Shown: positions 24,903 through 35,442 of the stretch, piece by piece
How the letters are laid out: every line of letters starts with the position of its first letter
How positions within the stretch are numbered: position 1 is the first letter of the stretch
From: Schmidtea polychroa
Lineage: Eukaryota
Direction of reading: 5' to 3'
Length of the DNA: 64,000 nucleotides
NCBI GenBank assembly: GCA_044892525.1
Contig: CM097887.1
Coordinates: forward strand, 12,090,001-12,154,000
Made by a program: the position numbers and the translations under genes
The notes under the pieces: generated by a model
The model's database searches: none
What the model was told of the DNA's origin: nothing
What the model saw: only the letters and a program-made list of their open reading frames with translations

Positions 24903-25601
24903 CTAGATGATTAATTTTACAAAAATATAATTCAAATAAATGAAAATAAAATTTACATCACCCTTGATCAGCCGGGGCTGTCTCCACTGAAACATTGGTG
25001 CGTAGCCCCCTGAAGGGAACCACGCTCTGCTACCATGTTCATTTTTAAATTCATAATAACACATAATCATTTTATTTCCATCTAATAACCATTTGTCAAT
25101 GTCCAGATCATAAGATAACGTCATAATGTCGCAAGGAATTTCATATCCATGTTTATATCTAAATAGAGCTGCTTCCATTTGTGCACGCCATACTTGAGAT
25201 CGATAATCAGGGATCATACCAGTCATATCATTTTCAGTACTTTCAGTAATATTAAACAATCTTGTAGCTGAACTCTTCTCAATCATTTTATCTGGAACCT
25301 GTCTTTGTGTAGCTACTACATCCCAATAATTGCATCGAATATCCATGGAAAGCAATCCACCACATAAATTTGATATCATATTATTCTTTTCATAATTAAC
25401 TGCAGCCATCTTTGATCGGAAGCTCATAATACAAAACGAAAAACCAAATCCATAAGAATTCAACAACTCGAGTTCCATTGCCATCTTTTCTAACTCTTTA
25501 CCAAAATTCATAACCGAAAAATTCCATACCATTAACTCATCATTAACATTATCATCGATCACCATTAATTCACCATTTTCAACAATCCATAAAAATTCCA
25601 A
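24903..25601 (-). CDS. LTR-encoded hypothetical protein (232 codons, crosses the PBS, in frame with Ub-Gag)
   Basis: Long open frame inside the 5' LTR; the homolog at 45712-46350 keeps an open frame with frame-preserving indels; annotated start is TTG, first ATG is at codon 13. Confidence 0.6.
   Translation of the reverse strand: MEFLWIVENGELMVIDDNVNDELMVWNFSVMNFGKELEKMAMELELLNSYGFGFSFCIMSFRSKMAAVNYEKNNMISNLCGGLLSMDIRCNYWDVVATQRQVPDKMIEKSSATRLFNITESTENDMTGMIPDYRSQVWRAQMEAALFRYKHGYEIPCDIMTLSYDLDIDKWLLDGNKMIMCYYEFKNEHGSRAWFPSGGYAPMFQWRQPRLIKGDVNFIFIYLNYIFVKLII
25017..25035 (-). other. Primer-binding site complementary to the 3' end of initiator tRNA-Met (TGGTAGCAGAGCGTGGTTC)
   Basis: Immediately follows the 5' LTR on the minus strand; TGGTAGCAGAG is the reverse complement of the conserved eukaryotic tRNAi-Met 3' end CTCTGCTACCA. 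Confidence 0.85.
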
Positions 25602-25820
25602 ATTCTAAAATACAAATTACAAATAACTAACTAACAATAAAAAAAATACCTCTTGCTCGCGTCTGTGTGCGCACACAGCCAAGAACAAAGAAAAGAAAAG
25701 CGCACACAGACGCGAGACCAGATCAAAAACTTCCACCTTCCCAATTTTACGCGTCTGTGTGCGCACACAACCATAACAAAGAAAAAGCGCACACAGACGC
25801 GAGAAAATAATAATTCACCA
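25036..25820 (-). repeat. 5' LTR (785 bp) with two GC-rich inverted repeats near its start
   Basis: TG..CA ends, TSD on the outer side, PBS on the inner side. Confidence 0.9.
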
Positions 25821-27202
25821 TTACCAATGAATTTAATGCCAAATAATAACCAAATATTTGCCTAAATAAAACACAACAGTACCTTTACGACCAGTACCCT
25901 TACGAGCAGTACCAATTGTGAACAGTACCCATAGAGGGAGAAAATATCTTGTCGGATAAACTCAGAGTATATATGATAAAACGAATTAACAATAACTCCA
26001 TCAAATTGAAACAGTCAAATTATCACAAATTTTAATAAAAAATCTTATTCTAAAATGGTAAGCAGCGTAAAATCGAAAGATAATTTTAATAACACAGAGA
26101 TAAAATTAACAATATTATTCTCAGGTGGTAAGAATATTTTATTTTTGAGTCTATTTTCCCTCTATTATCATTGATTACTTGGTGTTTTCATATATTAAAG
26201 TAAAGTTAATGCTTGATATGTGTTCCGACACACTTTGTTTCCTTCTTAACTTTGAGAGATCAGTAATGAGAGAAAGAGTAATGTATCTTAAATCATCTAT
26301 TAGAATATTTGTTTTTGAAATATTTAGTGTAAAATAGTAAATCTCATAATTATTAATTCAATATTAAAGGAGTTAATCAAAATTTAAAATATGAATTTAT
26401 CATAATTGCTCATTCAAATACCATGTATGTTTGTCATTTGTGGATTAAAATATTTTAATTTGTTAGTAACTCATATATTAAAAATAATTTTATATATCTT
26501 CATCACTTATAGCCCCCGATTTTCCAATAATCCTCCCAATTAATATTTCTTTGAAAATTGTATTAAATATTTTTATTAAAGTGATCATTTTTATAAATTT
26601 TTATGAATTTCATGAAATAATTTTAAATAAATGCAATTAATATATTTCCATCTTTTCTATACCACTTCTCGCTATATTTACATTTACTTTCCATTAATGA
26701 ATAATTCAAACACTTATTTTCACTTTTTTTTTTGAATTTCATTATTAATTAATCATAGAATAATGATGATTCTTACCACCTGAGAATAATATTGTTAATT
26801 TTATCTCTGTGTTATTAAAATTATCTTTCGATTTTACGCTGCTTACCATTTTAGAATAAGATTTTTTATTAAAATTTGTGATAATTTGACTGTTTCAATT
26901 TGATGGAGTTATTGTTAATTCGTTTTATTATATATACTCTGAGTTTATCCGACAAGATATTTTCTCCCTCTATGGGTACTGTTCACAATTGGTACTGCTC
27001 GTAAGGGTACTGGTCGTAAAGGTACTGTTGTGTTTTATTTAGGCAAATATTTGGTTATTATTTGGCATTAAATTCATTGGTAATTTTTTAGAGTTAGCGG
27101 GATTTTACTAACATTTTTAGTGAATTTCATGTTAATTGAAAGAATATTTAAAAATTTAAGGTTTTAGTGTTAATTCTAAGATAAATTTAAATAATTTCTT
27201 GA
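25821..27202. repeat. Long inverted repeat: arm 21911-22034 + 25821-26135 versus arm 26769-27202, ~630 bp spacer
   Basis: Near-perfect reverse-complement match once the LTR element is removed. Confidence 0.9.
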
Positions 27203-28158
27203 GGATACCTCATCTGAAATACATTCCATTATTAGCCTCATTTATGCCGATAGATGGTCCGAAATGAAATGTCAAGGACATATAGCCAAAAGCATCGGTA
27301 GTAGTAGCATTGCTAATTTCTTCTTTAAAACGGACATACTAACTGACCCGCAATTTATCTTCCTGATTCGAGCACGCAACAACATCCTAAAGTTAAATTA
27401 TACACCCCGTCGTATTAAATCAAAGAAATCTACCTTATGTAGGCATTGCTACGCTCATCCTGAAACGCAAGCGCACATTTTTAACCACTGCCCTGCCAAA
27501 TCCAATGCCCGCAGAAACAAACATAGAAATGTCCTCCAAGCTGTCTCTGACTTCCTTCTTGAACATAAATATGATATAGACATTGAACAAACCCCAATGG
27601 GCATCAACACCACCCTCATCCCCGACCTCCTTATCAAAACCCCAAGAAATAAATTGATACATATCCTTGACATAAAAGTCCCCTATGAAAACGAAACAAA
27701 CTTTGAACAAGCTAGGAAAAACAATTTTGAGAAATACAAACACCTAGCAATTGATATAGGCCATGCACACAACTGCAAGACCTCTCTGCTTACCCTTGTT
27801 ATTGGTACACTTGGCACCTGGGACAGAAAGAATGACAAAGACCTAAGAATAATTGGTCTGAACAGCGCAGAAATTAAAGCGCTAGCAAAAAAAGCCTGTA
27901 CTGCAGCCATAGTGAGCAGTTACCACATATATAGAGAGCATATATACAAAGAATAACACACACCCACATATTTCCTTATATATAATACTTATTTCTCAAA
28001 GCATTACCATATTTATATCAAACCTATTTTATATTATACAATAAATATTAACTACCCCTATTGAATGATGAGATTGAAAAATGGTATTGCCCTTGTATAC
28101 TGAGTACTACGTACGTAAGCAAAGTCCTTAATAATAGTAACAAAATCTATGATATTGG
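27203..28158 (+). mobile_element. 5'-truncated copy of the REL-type non-LTR retrotransposon (ORF 27264-27956: CCHC knuckle + PD-(D/E)xK nuclease)
   Basis: Near-identical to 32289-33244. Confidence 0.9.
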
Positions 28159-28343
28159 NNNNNNNNNNNNNNNNNNNNNNNNNNNNNNNNNNNNNNNNNN
28201 NNNNNNNNNNNNNNNNNNNNNNNNNNNNNNNNNNNNNNNNNNNNNNNNNNNNNNNNNNNNNNNNNNNNNNNNNNNNNNNNNNNNNNNNNNNNNNNNNNNN
28301 NNNNNNNNNNNNNNNNNNNNNNNNNNNNNNNNNNNNNNNNNNN

Positions 28344-31300
28344 ATACTGTTAATAATAATAATTATAATAGGGATACGGATAATAATAAACCCTAATGCT
28401 AACATTTATCTAAATTTTAATATTAACAATAACAAAAAAAATAATAGTATTACTAATTTTAAACCATGCACCTCCTCGGGCAACCGACTTATTTACTAGA
28501 AATGACCCTACCTCAATCGCCACTCATTCAAAAACATAAATACAGCGGATGGATATGCCTTACTACAGGGACATATTGGACACCTGCCCTTCATTCCAAC
28601 TAGACTGACGAACGCAAATGCGACTCTAGAGAAATCAACCCAGCCAATCCGACTGTTTATACGTACTCCTAGAAGCCACAACCCAACCAAGCAAACCAGC
28701 CTTATTCAAGCGTCAACCCAACCAACACAACCACCCGGCATCCCTAACCAATCAGGCACCAACCCAACCACAATCCTCCAAATGCGCTAGCTCTTTTGTT
28801 ATAACAATCCTGACCAATCAGGCATCAACCCTACCATCCCAGACAGCACCAACTCAACCAACCCAACCTCAATCTCCAAAAGCACTAGCCCTTTGTTATG
28901 CCAATCCTGACCAATCAAGCACCAACTCAACCAACCCAACCACAATCCTCCAAAGGCGCTAGCTCTCTTGATATATCATCAACCCAAACAGCACCAACTC
29001 AACCAACACAACCATAATCCTCCAAAAGCGCTAGCTCTGTTGTTATTTGTATTTTTCTACTTATTGTGGCTGATCAATCCGGCAATCCTGCATCAACCCA
29101 ACCAATCCAATCAGTCTCCTTATTTCTTTGTCTTGCCTCAATCCTATATATGTGTTTATTTATATTTAATATTTTTAACCCTGCGAGTAACCTATACCTA
29201 TACTCCTACCACTACCCTACACCTCTCGAAAACCTCTACCTTCCAACCTCTAACTCCCAACCTCTACCTTCCAACCTCTACCTTCCAACCTCTACCTTCC
29301 AACCTCTACCTTCCACCCTCTACCTTACAACCTCTACCTTCCAACCTCTACCTTCCAACCTCTACCTTCCAACCTCTACCTTCCAACCTCTACCTTCCAA
29401 CCTCTACCTTCCAACCTCTACCTTCCAACCTCTACCTTCCAACCTCTACCTTCCAACCTCTACCTTCCAACCGCTACCTTCCAACCTCTACCTTCCAACC
29501 TCTACCTTATAACCTCTACCTTATAACCACTACCTTATAACCACTACCTTATAACCACTACCTTATAACCACTACCTTATAACCACTATAACCTCAACCT
29601 TACCTCGTCTACCCACTTCCAAAAAACTTACCAACTATATCCTATAATATTGTATGTCCATGCATAACCTTATTTATACCCAAAATATCTTTATTATATA
29701 GTGCTGGAGCCTATCTCAAGAAGCTTCAAACATCATCCAATTCAGACCTCTCGTTTAACGCTTGAGCACCTGCTCAGCGTTCGCCTGAAAAAACAGAAAA
29801 AAAAACTTTAGATCACAAAGGGTTGAGAATATCTCCCCTTATGTCCGATGGGCCTTACAGTTTAATAAAAGGCGTAAATTTTTAACTAATGCTTCTGTGC
29901 TAATTCCAACTAACGAACAGGAGAAGCGCAGTAATAGCCCATAGTGGGGTCTGAGACAACCGCTAAAAAAACAATAAAGCATTTGCGTGCATGTTAAATA
30001 AATTATGCTTCTTAGGTACAGGATAAACTGGCACTATTTATACTTGATAGCCCTGATTATAAATATGGACAATCAGGCTGATATTACAGCAATCCAAGAG
30101 AATCACATGAGATCAGTCAACAGAAGATATTGCCACAAATCGAAGACTAACAGACCATGAAAATCGAAATGGTGAAAATAAGGAAAACATCATGACAGAA
30201 GAATGGTAAAAAAATGAAACCAATGCCAGCAGCGAAGACACAATGAGCGTAATTGTTTTTTGAATATGATGTGTCGGAATTGTCAGAGAATGGGGCATTG
30301 CAAAGAGAAATGTTGTCGCATAAAAAGGTGTTACGAATGTAAAAGAACTGGACATTTGGTCAATAACTGTCCGAATGGGACAAATCCAGGGAGAGATCAG
30401 TCACTAGAATACGTCATCGAACAGAACAATAAAAAATATGTCGAAAACAGAATTTATCAGCCAGGAATAAGAAACAAGACAGGATGAATCGATAATGATA
30501 TGGAGAAAAGTTGCAGAAAACAAAACCCGAGAAAATGAAGTACTAAAGACAACGATACTCAGACTAAAAGAAGAAGCAAGGTCAGCCGAATTAAGAATCA
30601 ATGAAATAAAGGATAATCGAGAGAAATGCAAAAATATGGCAGCAGAGACACAAATGAAGACGGCCAAGGAAAAGAAGAAGGGTAGTGCAAAGGATGAAGT
30701 GGAAATTAAAGAGGAAGTGTAGATGAAAATAGTAAAAAGGAAGTGTACATTTGTAAAAATTGATGTATAAATAGCAAACTAAATGTATTAGACGTATAGG
30801 TATAAATTGATGTATAATGTAGCAAAGGATCGATGTATGTATAATTAAAATAGAAATGGATCAAGTAATCAGTTGGGAAAACATTTTAACCCTTACAATG
30901 GTAAAGGAGAACAGAGGCTCAAATGAGAAGAAAGAATATAAATCCAAAAGAAAGATAAAAGTGCAGACCCGGAAAGAATGAGTTAAACGAATATCTAAAA
31001 GTAATATCTAATTTGGAACCCCCAAAAAAAGAACGGTAAAAGATCCTGATAAATGAGACGAAAGTCACAGACCCTGTGACATTGGAAAGTTAATCAAATC
31101 AAGCAAGCTTAGAACCCGATCGAAGATAATTTGAGTTACCCATTAAAGAAAGAAAATCCCTTAATAAGAGCAATACCGTAAACAAAACCACCGAGAAAAA
31201 CCAAAAGAAAAATCAATGTGTCAAATCACCCAGTTAAACAAAAGTTCCGAAGACCCTTGAGCAAGGTCTGTCATATACCATCAAATGATCCAGAAAATCA

Positions 31301-31416
31301 GAATCCCAGCCTAAAAATCTAAAGAGAATCCGGGAAAACAGTCAAACCCCGATAGAGAGAATCCTATGATCTTCAGTAAATATTACGAACTAATTATGAA
31401 AATCAACAACAGGAAT
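28344..31416 (+). repeat. Additional composite unit (LINE 3' region + 14-mer array 29231-29589 + MITE fragment + deleted gag) with downstream flank identical to 12290-12927
   Basis: ORFs 28968, 30260 and 30495 match the array ORFs; ~25 minisatellite units. Confidence 0.92.
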
Positions 31417-34400
31417 ATTGTACTAATTTCTGACTCATACCTCTCTATAAACCTGGCACTTTGCGAAACGACACAACTGGCTTCACAAGTTAACCTTCGC
31501 TTTAAGCCTTCGAAATCTGGATACTTTCATATCAACCACGATGACAACTATAGCCCAATCCACCTTTACGACGAACTCCTACCCAGAATTGATGACTCCA
31601 ACCTCTATCGATATCTTGGAGTTGATTTCACGTATAAGGTAAGACACAACATTGAGGAGAGACTGGAAAATGCCCTGACTGACACCAAAACAATTCTTGC
31701 CTCCCATCTGCATCCTGCCCAAAAACTTAATGCCTACAAAATATTTATTCACTCTCGCCTTACCTATATCTACCGCAACTGCGAGATCCATCACAGTGTA
31801 CTCGACTCTGAAAGAAATCTGAAAAATAATGCAGGTTTACCACATAGGGGCGCCACACAAAGACTAAAATCCATAATTAAAAATGCCATTGGCGATAAAA
31901 TTTGTGAGCTTAACAACAACTTCATATATGCATCTATCAAACTTGGAGGACTGGGTATAACATCCCTCATTGATGAATACCTTATCCAGGGAATTGTCCA
32001 CCTCATACGTGCCCTCAACTCAACCGACTATGATTTTCGCAACCTCGTCTTATCCGAACTCAGCCATGCCAGAGGAAATGGCAACATTGACTCTGCAATC
32101 TCTTGGCTAAATGGCGACTCCACTAAATCATTTCCATCCAAATCTCTCTTCACAAAATTCAGGAAATCATCAATAAGACTGCGACTCAAATATGGGATCT
32201 CTACTAAAATAGTCTTCCTCAAAAATTCCTACCAACTAGAAATTAAATACAAAGACCGAATTAATTACTTCGCATCCTCCAACCTTAAGGATACCTCATC
32301 TGAAATACATTCCATTATTAGCCTCATTTATGCCGATAGATGGTCCGAAATGAAATGTCAAGGACATATAGCCAAAAGCATCGGTAGTAGTAGCATTGCT
32401 AATTTCTTCTTTAAAACGGACATACTAACTGACCCGCAATTTATCTTCCTGATTCGAGCACGCAACAACATCCTAAAGTTAAATTATACACCCCGTCGTA
32501 TTAAATCAAAGAAATCTACCTTATGTAGGCATTGCTACGCTCATCCTGAAACGCAAGCGCACATTTTTAACCACTGCCCTGCCAAATCCAATGCCCGCAG
32601 AAACAAACATAGAAATGTCCTCCAAGCTGTCTCTGACTTCCTTCTTGAACATAAATATGATATAGACATTGAACAAACCCCAATGGGCATCAACACCACC
32701 CTCATCCCCGACCTCCTTATCAAAACCCCAAGAAATAAATTGATACATATCCTTGACATAAAAGTCCCCTATGAAAACGAAACAAACTTTGAACAAGCTA
32801 GGAAAAACAATTTTGAGAAATACAAACACCTAGCAATTGATATAGGCCATGCACACAACTGCAAGACCTCTCTGCTTACCCTTGTTATTGGTACACTTGG
32901 CACCTGGGACAGAAAGAATGACAAAGACCTAAGAATAATTGGTCTGAACAGCGCAGAAATTAATGCGCTAGCAAAAAAAGCCTGTACTGCAGCCATAGTG
33001 AGCAGTTACCACATATATAGAGAGCATATATACAAAGAATAACACACACCCACATATTTCCTTATATATACTACTTATTTCTCAAAGCATTACCATATTT
33101 ATATCAAACCTATTTTATATTATACAATAAATATTAACCACCCCTATTGAATGATGAGATTGAAAAATGGTATTGCCCTTGTATACTGAGTACTACGTAC
33201 GTAAGCAAAGTCCTTAATAATAGCAACAAGATCTATGATATTGGNNNNNNNNNNNNNNNNNNNNNNNNNNNNNNNNNNNNNNNNNNNNNNNNNNNNNNNN
33301 NNNNNNNNNNNNNNNNNNNNNNNNNNNNNNNNNNNNNNNNNNNNNNNNNNNNNNNNNNNNNNNNNNNNNNNNNNNNNNNNNNNNNNNNNNNNNNNNNNNN
33401 NNNNNNNNNNNNNNNNNNNNNNNNNNNNNNNNNNNNNNATACTGTTAATAATAATAATAATAATAGGGATACGGATAATAATAAACCCTAATGCTAACAT
33501 TTATCTAAATTTTAATATTAACAATAACAAAAAAAATAATAGTATTACTAATTTTAAACCATGCACCTCCTCGGGCAACCGACTTATTTACTAGAAAGGA
33601 CCCTACCTCAATCGCCACTCATTCAAAAACATAAATACAGCGGATGGATATGCCTTACTACAGGGACATATTGGACACCTGCCCTTCATTCCAACTAGAC
33701 TGACGAACGCAAATGCGACTCTAGAGAAATCAACCCAGCCAATCCGACTGTTTATACGTACTCCTAGAAGCCACAACCCAACCAAGCAAACCAGCCTTAT
33801 TCAAGCGTCAACCCAACCAACACAACCACCCGGCATCCCTAACCAATCAGGCACCAACCCAACCACAATCCTCCAAATGCGCTAGCTCTTTTGTTATAAC
33901 AATCCTGACCAATCAGGCATCAACCCTACCATCCCAGACAGCACCAACTCAACCAACCCAACCTCAATCTCTAAAAGCACTAACCCTTTGTTATGCCAAT
34001 CCTGACCAATCAAGCACCAACTCAACCAACCCAACCACTATCCTCCAAAGGCGCTAGCTCTCTTGATATATCATCAACCCAAACAGCACAAACTCAACCA
34101 ACACAACCATAATCCTCCAAAAGCGCTAGCTCTGTTGTTATTTGTATTTTTCTACTTATTGTGGCTGATCAATCCGGCAATCCTGCATCAACCCAACCAA
34201 TCCAATCAGTCTCCTTATTTCTTTGTCTTGCCTCAATCCTATATATGTGTCTATTTATATTTAATATTTTTAACCCTGCGAGTAACCTATACCTATACTC
34301 CTACCACTACCCTACACCTCTCGAAAACCTCTACCTTCCAACCTCTAACTCCCAACCTCTACCTTCCAACCTCTACCTTCCAACCTCTACCATCCAACCT

Positions 34401-35442
34401 CTACCTTCCACCCTCTACCTTCCAACCTCTACCTTCCAACCTCTACCTTCCAACCTCTACCTTCCAACCTCTACCTTCCAACCTCTACCTTCCAACCTCT
34501 ACCTTCCAACCTCTACCTTCCAACCTCTACCTTCCAACCTCTACCTTCCAACCTCTACCTTCCAACCTCTACCTTCCAACCTCTACCTTCCAACCTCTAC
34601 CTTCCAACCTCTACCTTCCAACCTCTACCTTCCACCCTCTACCTTCCAACCTCTACCTTCCAACCTCTACCTTCCAACCTCTACCTTCCAACCTCTACCT
34701 TCCAACCTCTAACTCCCAACCTCTAACTCCCAACCTCTACCTTCCAACCTCTACCTTCCAACCTCTACCTTCCAACCTCTACCTTCCAACCTCTACCTTC
34801 CAACCTCTACCTTCCAACCTCTACCTTATAACCTCTACCTTCCAACCTCTACCTTCCAACCTCTACCTTCCAACCTCTACCTTCCAACCTCTACCTTCCA
34901 ACCTCTACCTTCCAACATCTACCTTCCAACCTCTACCTTCCAACCTCTACCTTCCAACCGCTACCTTTCAACCTCTACCTTCCAACCGCTACCTTCCAAC
35001 CTCTACCTTATAACCTCTACCTTATAACCTCTACCTTATAACCTCTACCTTATAACCACTACCTTATAACCACTACCTTATAACCACTACCTTATAACCA
35101 CTACCTTATAACTACTACCTTATAACCACTATAACCTCAACCTTACCTCGTCTACCCACTTCCAAAAAACTTACCAACTATATCCTATAATATTGTATGT
35201 CCATGCATAACCTTATTTATACCCAAAATATCTTTATTATATAGTGCTGGAGCCTATCTCAAGAAGCTTCAAACATCATCCAATTCAGACCTCTCGTTTA
35301 ACGCTTGAGCACCTGCTCAGCGTTCGCCTGAAAAAACAGAAAAAAAACTTTAGATCACAAAGGGTTGAGAATATCTCCCCTTATGTCCGATGGGCCTTAC
35401 AGTTTAATAAAATAAAATTTGATTTTTTTTTTTTTTTTTTTT
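31417..35442 (+). mobile_element. 5'-truncated NeSL/R2-like REL non-LTR retrotransposon insertion (ORF to 33042; long 3' region with 14-mer array 34326-35131; ends AATAAA..T20)
   Basis: RT C-terminus (YRYLGV; LHPAQKLNAYKIF), CRHC..ETQAHIFNHC knuckle, IPDLLI..ILDIKVPYE..KYKHL..LVIGTLG REL motifs; absent from the paralogous empty site at 12927/12929. Confidence 0.85.

Larger units (their letters stand above)
22035..25820 (-). mobile_element. Non-autonomous BEL/Pao-type LTR retrotransposon carrying a ubiquitin-Gag fusion and no pol
   Basis: Direct repeats 22035-22586 and 25036-25820 with TG..CA ends; 5-bp TSD TTACC (22030-22034, 25821-25825); PBS and PPT present; DUF1759-like Gag with BEL-type knuckles. 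Confidence 0.92.

Noticed and set aside
28065-28079. Hammerhead ribozyme-like tgatgag..gaaa in the LINE 3' UTR (also ~33151)
   Set aside because: Lacks the conserved C of CUGAUGA, and there is no room for stem II between the two core motifs
31366-31416. N-terminus MIFSKYYELIMKINNRN as the true LINE protein start
   Set aside because: Comes from the flanking target sequence (same bases at 12877-12927); the ORF is a chance in-frame fusion lacking most of RT
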